Source: Nitrospiraceae bacterium (lineage in GTDB: Bacteria > Nitrospirota > Nitrospiria > Nitrospirales > UBA2166). Taken from it: a stretch of DNA of 36,248 bases. Shown piece after piece: positions 9,051 through 18,785 of this stretch. The position numbers and the translations under genes were made by a program. Within the stretch, counting starts at the first letter, position 1, and every line of letters starts with the position of its first letter. Where the stretch lies: assembly GCA_002726235.1 (NCBI GenBank), contig PBSN01000020.1:1-36248 (forward strand), read 5' to 3'. The notes under the pieces were generated by a model, which ran no database searches, had not been told where the DNA came from, and was given only the letters and a program-made list of their open reading frames with translations.

Positions 9051-9455
9051 TCATCTGTCTTCCCCTTGCTCATTCCTCAGCGGCTGTCGGCCAGCAAATC
9101 CCGCATCTGTTTCGTGCCACCACCTAATGTCCGGCTCGCCGAGTTTCCAGCAAAGGTATACAAGCCGACCATCCATCATATGGGGAAAATCGCATAAGCC
9201 TGTTTCGAGGTCCTTCACCACCACGCCGTCTTCGTGGATTTGGTCGATATGATGACTAATCTGCTCAAGTGCCTGAATATAGCGAGATCCACACGTACTG
9301 CCACCTCCCAAGTCAGCCTTGCTACTCGCTTTTTTTATTTCGTCGCGGTCACTCACGATGACCACTTGTTCCTTCCGAATTTTCTCAAAATGCTCTTCGA
9401 GTACAGGGATGACGCTCGAAGCTTCGGCAATAGTGAAAAATCTTCTCTCCTCCAT
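9051..9455 (-). CDS. DUF2203 family protein
   Basis: FTIAEA..., VKDLETGLCDFP, VYLCWKLGE..I.WWH....GFAGRQPL; ATG 9455 preferred over TTG 9461. Confidence 0.85.
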   Translation of the reverse strand: MEERRFFTIAEASSVIPVLEEHFEKIRKEQVVIVSDRDEIKKASSKADLGGGSTCGSRYIQALEQISHHIDQIHEDGVVVKDLETGLCDFPHMMDGRLVYLCWKLGEPDIRWWHETDAGFAGRQPLRNEQGEDR

Positions 9456-9511
9456 TGGCAACCTTATTAGCGAAAGAAATTATGGTGTACTATGTCCATT
9501 ACCTTCCGCTA

Positions 9512-9540
9512 AAGATATCTAGAGCATCAGACCATGTCAA
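9512..9540 (-). promoter_or_regulatory. sigma70 promoter for the DUF2203 gene
   Basis: Minus strand TTGACA(9540-9535), 17 nt, TATCTT(9517-9512). Confidence 0.6.
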
Positions 9541-9691
9541 ACCTGAATAGTTTGCAATTAATGTGAGTGCCAGTTGTTATAGCAACATCAAGAGATCTGT
9601 AGCTTTCATGGTAATGATGTAGGCACTGAAACTGCAGCGACTGAGCACATCGGGGGTTTTGCCCCCCCCCTCCCCCCGAATATCTCATGCC

Positions 9692-9719
9692 CTTGACACT
9701 GAGAAAATAGGGCTTATTT
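9692..9719 (+). promoter_or_regulatory. Putative clpB promoter (RpoH-like or sigma70)
   Basis: CTTG(ACA) at 9692, N17, CTTATTT at 9713-9719. Confidence 0.4.
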
Positions 9720-9875
9720 CATTGGGTAGAGAGGTCGCAATTGGAGGCATCAATCAAACATTAATATTTATGTGAATGGAAAGGGTCCGTACTCCACGTT
9801 AGAGGTTGCTCATTTGCTTACAGAGTTAAACGCTGACAGTTGAGCATTTAAGGTTTTTGAGAGGATACCGACATC

Positions 9876-12482
9876 ATGGACATGAATCGCATGACCGTGA
9901 AGCTTCAGGAAGCGTTGCAGTCCGCTTCCGCGCATGCCATCCGACGAAGTCATCAAGGGATTGATGTCGAACATCTTATCATTGCCCTGTTGGAACAACG
10001 GAATAGCCTTGCCGGCTCTTTGCTCGAATACGCTGGCGTTTCACCGTCAGCAGTAGAAAAAATAGCGCAACAGGCGCTCGCTAAGGTTCCACAGGTCCAT
10101 GGTCCCGGTGCCGCTCCAGGACATCTTCATATGACCTCTCGTCTCTCACAAGTCTTGGTGCAGGCTGAAAATGAAATGCAGATGCTCAAGGATGCTTATC
10201 TCAGTGTTGAGCATGTGTTCCTTGCCATGGTCGAGGAAGGTGTCCTGTTCAAGAACTTGGGTGTTACTCGTGCCAAGGTGCTTCCTGCGCTCCAGCAGGT
10301 CAGAGGGAATCAGCGAGTGGATAGCCAAAATCCTGAAGGCAGTTATCAAGCTTTGGAAAAATATGGACGCGATCTCACTCAACTCGCTAGCCAAGGAAAA
10401 CTCGATCCCGTCATTGGTCGTGACGATGAGATTCGACGTGTGATTCAGATTCTTTCGCGGCGAACCAAAAACAACCCTGTTTTGATAGGTGATCCCGGAG
10501 TTGGAAAAACAGCAATTGTCGAAGGACTTGCTCAGCGAATTATAAAAGGAGATGTGCCTGAAGGCCTCAAAAAGAAGCACGTGATCGTGCTCGATATGGG
10601 GGCATTGATCGCCGGCGCAAAATTTCGTGGAGAATTTGAGGAACGTTTCAAGGCTGTTCTCAAGGAGGTTCAATCCTCTGAAGGCAAAACCCTGCTTTTC
10701 ATCGATGAGCTACATACGGTTGTCGGAGCTGGAGCCGCTGAAGGCGCAATGGACGCGGCCAATCTTCTGAAGCCGATGTTAGCGCGTGGGGAATTGCACA
10801 TGATTGGTGCAACAACCATTGATGAATATCGCAAGAATATCGAAAAAGATGCGGCATTGGAGCGAAGGTTCCAGCCTATCATGGTTGATCAGCCTTCGGT
10901 GGAAGATACGATTTCAATCTTGCGTGGCCTAAAGGAACGTTATGAAATCCACCACGGAGTGAGAATAAAGGATGCAGGTTTGATTGCGGCTACACAGCTA
11001 TCCCATCGCTACATTAGCGATCGACAGCTTCCAGACAAGGCCATTGATTTGGTAGATGAGGCCGCCGCATGCTTGCGGACCGCAATAGATAGTATGCCCA
11101 CAGCGCTTGATGATGTTTTACGCAAAGTTATGCAGCTGGAAATTGAACGCGCAGCTCTTCGTAATGAAATAGATGAGGGCAGTCGTGCTCGGCTCAAATC
11201 TCTGGAACAAGAGCTTGAGGGAAAGCGCCAAGAATTCGAAGTGCTGAAAGTGCGCTGGGAAGCTGAAAAAGCGTCAGTAGGGAAACTTCATGCCATACGT
11301 CAAGAGATCGAAGCGGTGAAACAGGACATCGAGCAAGCAGAGCGGGCATATGAACTCAATCGAGTGGCTGAATTGCGATATGGCAAACTCCCGAACCTTG
11401 AAAAAGAACTCGAAGCTGAAGAACAGCATCTGGTCGACAAACGAGGCCCTGAGAGATTACTAAAAGAGGAGGTCGATGAAGAAGACGTTGCGCATGTCGT
11501 CAGCCGATGGACTGGAGTGCCTGTCAGTCGTTTGATTGAAGGTGAAACGGAGAAATTGCTGCGACTTGAAGAACTTCTCCACCAATGCGTTGTTGGGCAA
11601 CATGAAGCGGTAGTCGCAGTCGCGGATGCTGTGTTGCGCGCGAGAGCTGGGGTTAAGGATCCGAACCGGCCTATTGGGTCATTCCTGTTTCTCGGTCCGA
11701 CCGGAGTTGGAAAAACTGAACTCGCACGGGCGGTGGCTTCAACCGTGTTTGATGGCGAAGCGAACTTGATTAGAATTGATATGTCCGAGTATATGGAGCC
11801 ACACACGGTGGCTCGGCTAATCGGTGCGCCACCTGGATACATCGGCTATGACGAAGGGGGGCAACTCACAGAAGCGGTACGGCGACGCCCATTTTCAGTG
11901 ATCTTGTTCGATGAGATCGAAAAGGCACATCGTGATATCTCCAATATTTTGCTCCAAGTTTTCGATGATGGGAGGTTAACTGATTCCCACGGGCATACAG
12001 TCGATTTCAAAAACACTGTGCTCATTATGACCTCCAACGTTGGGAGCCAGGAGATTATAGAATCACAACAGCAAGATCGCCCTTATGAGGCGATGCGAAA
12101 CTTGGTTGTTACACAAGTACAGCAGTATTTCCGGCCGGAATTTTTAAATCGCGTCGATGAAATGGTCGTGTTTCATGCGTTGACTGGAGATCACCTCAAG
12201 AAAATTGTGGATATCCAAGTTGCTAGGCTTTGCCAACGACTGCAAGAACGCCGAATTGCGTTGACACTCACTCCAGACGCACTCAGTATGCTGGCTGAGC
12301 GTGGCTATGACCACGTTTACGGCGCACGCTTTCTCAAACGTCTGATTCAACAAGAGATTGAAACCCCGATTGCGCGCCTACTCGTCAAAGGCGAACTTCG
12401 TGATGATGGTACTGCCATCGTTGATGTGAAAGACGGTCAGGGCATCGTCATTTCAGAAATAAGGGGTTGCGTATCCTGTTAG
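9876..12482 (+). CDS. clpB: ATP-dependent chaperone ClpB
   Basis: Clp N-domain, Walker A GDPGVGKT and GPTGVGKT, coiled-coil M-domain, RIDMSEYM. Confidence 0.97.
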   Translation: MDMNRMTVKLQEALQSASAHAIRRSHQGIDVEHLIIALLEQRNSLAGSLLEYAGVSPSAVEKIAQQALAKVPQVHGPGAAPGHLHMTSRLSQVLVQAENEMQMLKDAYLSVEHVFLAMVEEGVLFKNLGVTRAKVLPALQQVRGNQRVDSQNPEGSYQALEKYGRDLTQLASQGKLDPVIGRDDEIRRVIQILSRRTKNNPVLIGDPGVGKTAIVEGLAQRIIKGDVPEGLKKKHVIVLDMGALIAGAKFRGEFEERFKAVLKEVQSSEGKTLLFIDELHTVVGAGAAEGAMDAANLLKPMLARGELHMIGATTIDEYRKNIEKDAALERRFQPIMVDQPSVEDTISILRGLKERYEIHHGVRIKDAGLIAATQLSHRYISDRQLPDKAIDLVDEAAACLRTAIDSMPTALDDVLRKVMQLEIERAALRNEIDEGSRARLKSLEQELEGKRQEFEVLKVRWEAEKASVGKLHAIRQEIEAVKQDIEQAERAYELNRVAELRYGKLPNLEKELEAEEQHLVDKRGPERLLKEEVDEEDVAHVVSRWTGVPVSRLIEGETEKLLRLEELLHQCVVGQHEAVVAVADAVLRARAGVKDPNRPIGSFLFLGPTGVGKTELARAVASTVFDGEANLIRIDMSEYMEPHTVARLIGAPPGYIGYDEGGQLTEAVRRRPFSVILFDEIEKAHRDISNILLQVFDDGRLTDSHGHTVDFKNTVLIMTSNVGSQEIIESQQQDRPYEAMRNLVVTQVQQYFRPEFLNRVDEMVVFHALTGDHLKKIVDIQVARLCQRLQERRIALTLTPDALSMLAERGYDHVYGARFLKRLIQQEIETPIARLLVKGELRDDGTAIVDVKDGQGIVISEIRGCVSC

Positions 12483-12534
12483 CCTTGCTTGCTTTTGCAA
12501 TTTTTTTCTTGTAAGTCAGGTCGCTGGAATAGCA

Positions 12535-13770
12535 ATGCTGGCTGAGATTGGTAGTGCAAATCATCGGGCCAACACCTCAACCAAACAAAGCATGAATAAA
12601 GAATTGACCTCTCTTGCGGAATTACAGGCTCAAATTGCTATTGATCGCCTACGTCAGCACGTGTATGACCTTGCATCTCCAGAAATGAATGGTCGTGATG
12701 TTGGGTCTAACGAAGGTGAACGCGCCATTGCCTATATCGAAAATGAGTTCAAAACATATGGATTGCAGCCTTGGTTCGTGGAAGATTATCAACAACCCAT
12801 CACCACCGGAGCAGGCGCAAATGTCGCCGCTCTACTCCCAGGATCAGATCCTGCGCGCCGTCATGAGCTTGTGCTTGTGACTGCGCACCATGATCATCTC
12901 GGAATTAGAGAAGGCCTGATATATCCCGGTGCAGACGACAATGCTTCATCGGTAGCTTTGATGCTGGAAGTTGCACGTATTTTCGCGAAGCACCCCCATA
13001 TGACTAAACGTAGCATTCTGTTCATTTCATTTGATGCCGAAGAGAAGCCTGAGGGAGGAACAGACAAGATGGGATCGATGTTTTTTGTCAGTCAGCTGTC
13101 CAAGGTCAAACGCCAGAGGATCGCGCTGATGATTACTATGGACCTCATGGCCGGAGAGGTTGTTCCCGGTCTTCCAGGTGCTCTCTTTATCATGGGCGCA
13201 GAGAAAAGTCTGCACTTATCACGATTGATTCAGAGCAGAATGCCCATCGATGGCTTGCAACCGTTGCCGCTCGGACTCGCGATGATCGAAGTCGTGCCAT
13301 ATTGTCCATGGTGCAAACACGAGGTCAGCGATTATGACTCGTTTCGGCAAGCCAATATTCCCTTTGTCTTTCTGTCAACCGGACGGAGCCAGCACTACCA
13401 CACACCCGCTGATACGCCGTCATCGCTTCATTACGACAAACTTGAACGCAATGCCGCCTATCTGCTCGATCTCACATTGGGTGCAGCGAATGATTTAGAA
13501 TGGATCGGCGATTATGATCATCATGCACGAGATCAGAAAACAGATATTGAGGGTGTGGCTAGCTTATTGGATGCGGTATTGAAACAACCGCCACAAGGTA
13601 TCCGAGGTGATACCTTGAAAAATCTGCACAAGGCTCAAGTCGCTGTGGCCAAATTCAGCAAGAAATCCGATCCGCTCTCATGGTTTGAGTACCGCAGACT
13701 TCAAACCATTTCACTTCGACTGCAATGTTCCGTTGCGAGACCATCCTGGAAAATGTGCAACTGGCTTTGA
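12535..13770 (+). CDS. M28 family metallopeptidase; the true start may be ATG 12592
   Basis: TAHHDHLG, PGADDNAS, FDAEE, SDYDSF, YHTPAD. Confidence 0.88.
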   Translation: MLAEIGSANHRANTSTKQSMNKELTSLAELQAQIAIDRLRQHVYDLASPEMNGRDVGSNEGERAIAYIENEFKTYGLQPWFVEDYQQPITTGAGANVAALLPGSDPARRHELVLVTAHHDHLGIREGLIYPGADDNASSVALMLEVARIFAKHPHMTKRSILFISFDAEEKPEGGTDKMGSMFFVSQLSKVKRQRIALMITMDLMAGEVVPGLPGALFIMGAEKSLHLSRLIQSRMPIDGLQPLPLGLAMIEVVPYCPWCKHEVSDYDSFRQANIPFVFLSTGRSQHYHTPADTPSSLHYDKLERNAAYLLDLTLGAANDLEWIGDYDHHARDQKTDIEGVASLLDAVLKQPPQGIRGDTLKNLHKAQVAVAKFSKKSDPLSWFEYRRLQTISLRLQCSVARPSWKMCNWL

Positions 13771-13806
13771 GAGATAGTGAAGGGCAGGATCGAGTCGAAA
13801 ATACTG

Positions 13807-15234
13807 TTAGGATGAAATTTCAGTATTAGTGATAAAAGCCACAGCCTTGACGAGACGCGTACATGTTTTCTCTTGCCCCAAGAGTTCCATGACGTCGTAA
13901 ATTCCAGGACTTGCCGTTCCTCCAGTAAGTGATACTCGAACAGGTTGTGCGAGTTTCCCAATTTTCATCATGTGTTTCTCAAGCACACGCTGAAACGCTG
14001 ATTCAAGTTCGTCGTGTGTAAATGGTGAAATGGTCTGCAGTGCTACGGCAAGATCTTTCAGTGCGGTTTTGATCGCTGGTTTGAGAAACTTTGCCTTTGC
14101 CTGCTCATCAATTTCTATCTCCGTGCGAATATAGACAGCTGAGGCGTGTGCAATTTCTACAAGTGTTCGCCATCGAGGTTGAAGTGAAACCACCAGTTTT
14201 CGCATCCATTCGTCATCGAGGGAAGCCTCGTCAGCAATAATGTTTTCACGGATGAGCAATGGTCTGAGAAGATTTGCGATCCGGTCAGGGTCAGCCGTTT
14301 GCAGGTGTTGACTATTGACCCATGACAGCTTTTCGGGATCAAACACTGCAGCTGATTTCATGGCGTGATCCAGAGAAAACATCTCGACAAGTTCCTGAAT
14401 CGAAAAAATCTCTTGATCTCCATGTGACCAACCAAGGCGTATCAGGTAATTGATCATCGCTTCTGGTAGATACCCCATATTTTTATACGCGATAATAGAC
14501 GTGGCGCCATGCCGTTTCGAAAGGCGCGATTTGTCCTGGCCAAGAATCATCGGCAGATGTCCGAATTCCGGTAGCGGAAACCCAAGTCCTTCGTAGATGT
14601 GCATCTGGCGAGGTGTATTAGTGAGATGATCATCGCCTCTAAGCACGTGAGTGATACCCAATAAGGCATCGTCAATAACCACCGCAAAATTATAGGTTGG
14701 AAGCCTGTCCTGTCGGATGATGACCAAGTCGTCGAGAATCGCATTATCAAATACCACACGGCCTTTGATAAGATCGTTTACCACCGTCTCACCTTGTGTA
14801 GGCGAATGAAAGCGAATGGCAAAGGGTGTGTCAGTGGGAGGTTTTGTAAGACCTCGACAATGCCCATCGTAAATTGGAGTTTCTTTGTTCGCGATTGCTT
14901 GCTTCCGTCGTTCGTCCAACTCCTCAAGCGTGCAATAGCAACGATAGGCTTTTCCTTCCACAAGAAGCCGGTTAGCATATTCGTTGTAAATGTCTAACCG
15001 TTCGGTTTGCCTATATGTATCTTCATCCGGCGTAATGCCCAACCAAGTCAATCCATTTAGAATGGCTTCGATCGATTCCTGAGTTGAGCGTGACTTGTCG
15101 GTATCTTCGATACGCAGGATAAACGTTCCTCCGAAACGTCGCGCCAGCAGCCAATTGAAAAGAGCCGTACGCACACCTCCGATATGGAGATATCCCGTAG
15201 GGCTAGGTGCAAAACGTAAACGCGGAGCGTTCAT
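13807..15234 (-). CDS. gltX: Glutamate--tRNA ligase
   Basis: RFAPSPTGYLHIGG, LRIEDTD, RGDDH, LSKR, anticodon-binding C-terminus. Confidence 0.97.
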   Translation of the reverse strand: MNAPRLRFAPSPTGYLHIGGVRTALFNWLLARRFGGTFILRIEDTDKSRSTQESIEAILNGLTWLGITPDEDTYRQTERLDIYNEYANRLLVEGKAYRCYCTLEELDERRKQAIANKETPIYDGHCRGLTKPPTDTPFAIRFHSPTQGETVVNDLIKGRVVFDNAILDDLVIIRQDRLPTYNFAVVIDDALLGITHVLRGDDHLTNTPRQMHIYEGLGFPLPEFGHLPMILGQDKSRLSKRHGATSIIAYKNMGYLPEAMINYLIRLGWSHGDQEIFSIQELVEMFSLDHAMKSAAVFDPEKLSWVNSQHLQTADPDRIANLLRPLLIRENIIADEASLDDEWMRKLVVSLQPRWRTLVEIAHASAVYIRTEIEIDEQAKAKFLKPAIKTALKDLAVALQTISPFTHDELESAFQRVLEKHMMKIGKLAQPVRVSLTGGTASPGIYDVMELLGQEKTCTRLVKAVAFITNTEISS

Positions 15235-15253
15235 GCGCGGTACAATATCACAA

Positions 15254-15730
15254 ATGAAGCACTGTAGTTTCGTCTACACCAGAACGATGCAAGGCAAGAA
15301 GACTAGGCGTCTTGAGACAATGCTTCAAGGTGCAATCAGGCATTTCCCGGAACTCCAAGGAGAGAGCATTTCGGTAGGCTATACTAAACGATACGGCGAA
15401 TCTGATATTCGACGCCTTCTTATCCGTCTGAACCCAAGGAGGCTTAGTTACTATGTTATTGGACATGAGCTTACCCATTTGGTGCAAGGCATGAAAGATC
15501 GCTTAGGAGAGAATGCCATCCCAAAGGGTGAAATCGCATGCGATATTTGGACTATCGCGAGGGCAGATGTTTTCTTGGATGAACCCCCAGGTTATCTAGA
15601 TGTGGGGCGCCGTGTTTTGCTGGACTGGAAGGCACATCGGGATCGTGTACGGAATCTGTGTATCGAAGCAATTGAGAGACGGAATGTTCACCGACATTAC
15701 ATTCAATGGCTCACAAGGGAACTTCGCTAA
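15254..15730 (+). CDS. Small HExxH zincin-like hypothetical protein; start uncertain (15254, 15287 or 15320)
   Basis: VIGHELTHLVQ motif followed by GEIACD; the ORF-track start at 15095 overlaps gltX and is unlikely. Confidence 0.65.
   Translation: MKHCSFVYTRTMQGKKTRRLETMLQGAIRHFPELQGESISVGYTKRYGESDIRRLLIRLNPRRLSYYVIGHELTHLVQGMKDRLGENAIPKGEIACDIWTIARADVFLDEPPGYLDVGRRVLLDWKAHRDRVRNLCIEAIERRNVHRHYIQWLTRELR
15450..15540 (+). repeat. 91-bp direct repeat, copy 1 (inside the HExxH gene)
   Basis: Ungapped alignment to 16383-16473 with 11 mismatches by manual count. Confidence 0.92.
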
Positions 15731-15940
15731 TTTGTTTTGATAACAGGCGCAATTTTTGTAACATGAATTTGCACTACTTGATGTAGTGTAAAGAATGCTT
15801 TGAGGACATCTTGTTGGAGTTTTTACTTTGGGATAATTTGCATGGCTGTGATGTTGTCTTGCCACTTGTATGGCATGGGGTTACACGCTGTGCTGTACAA
15901 ACCCTCATCTTCTGATCGCAGTGGGTTTTAACTGGGCCTG

Positions 15941-16134
15941 GTTGGTTCAAATAATCTAATTCCAGAACAAGAATATTCTGAACATCACAACGCAATCATG
16001 ACCTAATTGCGTCACTTCATGATGGGGGAATGGGATACAGAAAGACTGCACAATGACTGAATAAAAGAGGAATTAAGACTGCAAGAGGGAACTCTTGGAG
16101 GAACGCAATGCAATTAATTCGGGCAAGAAATTGA
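15941..16134 (+). pseudogene. Recombinase-domain (PF07508-like) remnant
   Basis: HDLIASLHDGGMGYRKTAQ*LNKRGIKTARGNSWRNA with TGA at 16054; upstream SNNLIPEQEYSEH lies in a different frame. Confidence 0.6.
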
Positions 16135-16382
16135 TCGAACAAGAAGGGCAGAAAAAATTCAATTTAATGAGGCCCATGTGTTTATCGCCTGCGCGCTACG
16201 AAGAAAACATGCTATCAGAATTGAAAGAAGTGGGGAATTACTTAAGACACCGAATGGAAAAACACTTTGTGGTTTTAACGAAAAATTAATAGAGAGCGTA
16301 ATGTGCGAATTCCAAGGTTATTCCGAAATCAAACTTGATGAGGCAAATTCGATTATCGGGGAACCTTTAGAAAAACTCGGCA

Positions 16383-16473
16383 ACTATGTCATTGGATAAG
16401 AGCTTGCCCATTGAGTTCAAGGCATGAAAGATCGCCTAGGAGAGAATGTCATCTCAAAGGGTGAAATTGCATG
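16383..16473 (+). pseudogene. 91-bp direct repeat, copy 2: degraded fragment of the HExxH gene
   Basis: Reads YVIG*ELAH*VQGMKDRLGENVISKGEIAW versus YVIGHELTHLVQGMKDRLGENAIPKGEIAC. Confidence 0.9.
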
Positions 16474-16497
16474 GGAGTTACAAGTTTTCGAGCACCA

Positions 16498-16866
16498 TTA
16501 TTCCTTTGCCTCATTCGGGTATGGTTTCGGAGGCATCAGTAATGGTGGGATGGGTGCCCGCCTTCCACGCGATTTTGGCGTATAGTTCGAGGCGAGATAT
16601 TGAAGGATCCGATCCTCTGTCTTGACATCGAGTTTCTCCATCCCCTGTGTTGCCTGCATCCATCGAATGATATCTGTCCACGTTTTGAGCGTCCCGCGTT
16701 GTGCCGTCACTAGTTTTGCGGAGTGACACTCGGTACAGTTGTCGCGGACCGTTTCCCAATACTCAGCGATAATCAGGCCTGTTTCATTATCCACTTCCGC
16801 GCTATTGGCCAGCCCTGTCAAGATGATCACCGTACAACTCACCATCGTTAAAATGATGCGTTTCAT
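16498..16866 (-). CDS. Periplasmic monoheme cytochrome c, SorB-like partner of the molybdoenzyme
   Basis: Sec signal ending ANS-A, CTECH, W...IRWM..QG; 12 nt downstream of the sulfite oxidase gene. Confidence 0.85.
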   Translation of the reverse strand: MKRIILTMVSCTVIILTGLANSAEVDNETGLIIAEYWETVRDNCTECHSAKLVTAQRGTLKTWTDIIRWMQATQGMEKLDVKTEDRILQYLASNYTPKSRGRRAPIPPLLMPPKPYPNEAKE

Positions 16867-16878
16867 CTCATGACTCTC

Positions 16879-18201
16879 TTAAATCACTTGAATCGCGATG
16901 CGGTGACAGGCGTTGTTGAGATATCCTTTTGGATTCCAGCCTGGGAGAACCATTGGCTGAGATTGACCGTTGCGGTCGACAGCCTGTGCCCACACTTCAT
17001 AATAACCATCCTGTGGAAATGCCACGGTAGCTTCCCATTTTTGCCAGGCAAGCCGGTTGAGTGGCTGATGCAGTGTTGTCTTCTGCCAGGTTCCCCCAAA
17101 GTCTGTTGATACAAAGACATCCTTTACATCAAGATCTCCAGCCCACGCTTTTCCACGCAATGCCATTGGTCTTGTGTGCGAATGTGTGATTCCTGATTTC
17201 GGAAATGTGATCAGCGATTTTACCGGCATAGACTCAATGATGCACATGTCCTCGCTCGGCACGTTTGTTCCTGGGGCCACCGGCTTGCATGGCGTGCGAT
17301 AAGCATGCCCGGTCATTTTTACCCCATCATGCACCTTATTCCGAATCACGATCTTCTTGAGCCACTTTCCTGATGTCGATGCAGGCCACCCAGAGGTGAT
17401 TACCCTGAGTGGATATCCGTTTAACCATGGAATATCTTTGCCATTCATTGCCCACGCGATCAATGATTCATCCTCTAAGGCTTTCGACATGGGGACACCG
17501 CGTGAAATTGATATCTTACTGGCGATGCCACTTAAATGTGTATCGTCCCCGTAATACCCCGTGTAGATGGCGTCATTTTTGATTCCACACGATTCCAGCA
17601 CATCCCTCAGCCGAACTCCGGTCCATGTCGGACAACCGATTGCTCCGAGGGTCCACTGATTGCCCTTTGCGGGAGGGTTAAATTCACTCCGCCCGTTTCC
17701 GCCACATTCGAGTTGCAAGTGATATGTGTAGTGGTGGAAGCTTTTCTTGAGATCGGCAATAGTGAATATTTTGGGATGCAGGCAAGATTCGCCGGCAATC
17801 TCCAAGGTCCATGTGGCAGAATCGATAGTTTTGCGGTTCGGTGGAATTCCGTTGTTCCGGACAAAGAGGCGGTGTGCTGGTGTGACATCATCATCAAGCA
17901 AGTGTGGAGGTGTCTCTGCATTGATCGGCCTGTCATTCAATACTGTCAATGCCTCCTTTCCTGGAATGATGAACTTCTCATCTGATGCGGCCAGCGCGGC
18001 TGGGATCAGACCGCTAGGCATGTTCTGTACAAATGGGATATGGGCACCGAGTATGGTTGTCATGGCCAGCAATCCGCTACTGCTTAAGAAAGCACGACGC
18101 GTCAGAAGATCAGCATTTCTACCCCACAGGAGCCAATCGGCACGCTCTGGGTCTTCAGCGTAGAGTTCGTGAATGCCTCGCTCTGGTTGTCCTTGATTCA
18201 T
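16879..18201 (-). CDS. Sulfite oxidase family molybdoenzyme (SorA-like), Tat-exported
   Basis: LTRRAFL Tat motif, NAETP, FVRNN, Mo-ligand LECGGNGR, WTGVRL, GYPLR, KWL, dimerisation domain; AGGAGG SD supports ATG 18201 over 18276. Confidence 0.9.
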   Translation of the reverse strand: MNQGQPERGIHELYAEDPERADWLLWGRNADLLTRRAFLSSSGLLAMTTILGAHIPFVQNMPSGLIPAALAASDEKFIIPGKEALTVLNDRPINAETPPHLLDDDVTPAHRLFVRNNGIPPNRKTIDSATWTLEIAGESCLHPKIFTIADLKKSFHHYTYHLQLECGGNGRSEFNPPAKGNQWTLGAIGCPTWTGVRLRDVLESCGIKNDAIYTGYYGDDTHLSGIASKISISRGVPMSKALEDESLIAWAMNGKDIPWLNGYPLRVITSGWPASTSGKWLKKIVIRNKVHDGVKMTGHAYRTPCKPVAPGTNVPSEDMCIIESMPVKSLITFPKSGITHSHTRPMALRGKAWAGDLDVKDVFVSTDFGGTWQKTTLHQPLNRLAWQKWEATVAFPQDGYYEVWAQAVDRNGQSQPMVLPGWNPKGYLNNACHRIAIQVI

Positions 18202-18265
18202 GTATTGCCTCCTATCAACGATGACAAGATATAGGCTAGCGTAGGAAGTGAAGCTGATTAATCGT

Positions 18266-18748
18266 TCACATTCCAACCCGTTGTGGAATATGGCGTTTGA
18301 TCTGTCCGATATTCTTCAATCCAAGATTTTGTAGCACGCGAGCAGACGTTTTATTCTTCACAAACGCCTCACTCAGAACCTTGGTTCCCGCCAAGTTTTT
18401 CGCGGTCCTCACAATTACCCATGCCTCCTCCGTGGCGTAGCCATTGTTCCAATATGCGTGAGCAATCTGATGGTTAAGATGGGCCACAGTCTCTTCTTGT
18501 TTGATGTCAACACATCTGATGTAATCACCAGTTGAATTTCACTGAATGGAGAAGATGTCCTCTCCAGGTTTTTGCCGAAGCCGCACCAATTTTTTTGAGG
18601 TTTTCATGGTGCAGGGAGTGGGGAGATGTTTTTTCAGCTGTATCGCTTGTACAGTTTCAGGATCGTTGGCGAGAAGCTTTGCAAATTTTTCTGTGTTTGA
18701 TTGCACGATAGGTTTTAGTTTGCAATTATTCTGTCGCGAGCATTCCAA
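18266..18748 (-). pseudogene. RimJ/RimL-type GNAT acetyltransferase pseudogene
   Basis: Two ORF-track pieces share one frame split by TGA at 18541-18539; YWNNGYATE and N..SARVLQNLG motifs. Confidence 0.75.
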
Positions 18749-18785
18749 ACATTCACGAATGTTCTATCACTGCACCGTGGCAACA

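Noticed and set aside
9547..9573. Possible CIRCE upstream of clpB (GAGTGCCAG at 9565-9573)
   Set aside because: Only a right half-site is present; there is no matching left arm at N9 spacing
12488..12507. Intrinsic terminator after clpB (TTGC-TTTT-GCAA then T-run)
   Set aside because: The 4-bp stem is too weak to call
13300..13320. CPWCKH in the M28 peptidase as a heme-binding site
   Set aside because: It is CxxCxH, not CxxCH
15095..15253. N-terminal extension of the HExxH ORF
   Set aside because: It is antisense to the conserved gltX N-terminus
15774..15995. Cys-rich minus ORF with a faint desulforedoxin or cytochrome look
   Set aside because: It has no complete CxxC or CxxCH motif and overlaps the better-supported plus-strand recombinase relic
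16095..16399. Two short plus ORFs (64 and 73 aa)
   Set aside because: No recognisable family; the second ends in the degraded repeat copy, so both are treated as debris
18539..18541. TGA as selenocysteine in the GNAT gene
   Set aside because: Not a Cys-type catalytic position, and the surrounding motifs are decayed
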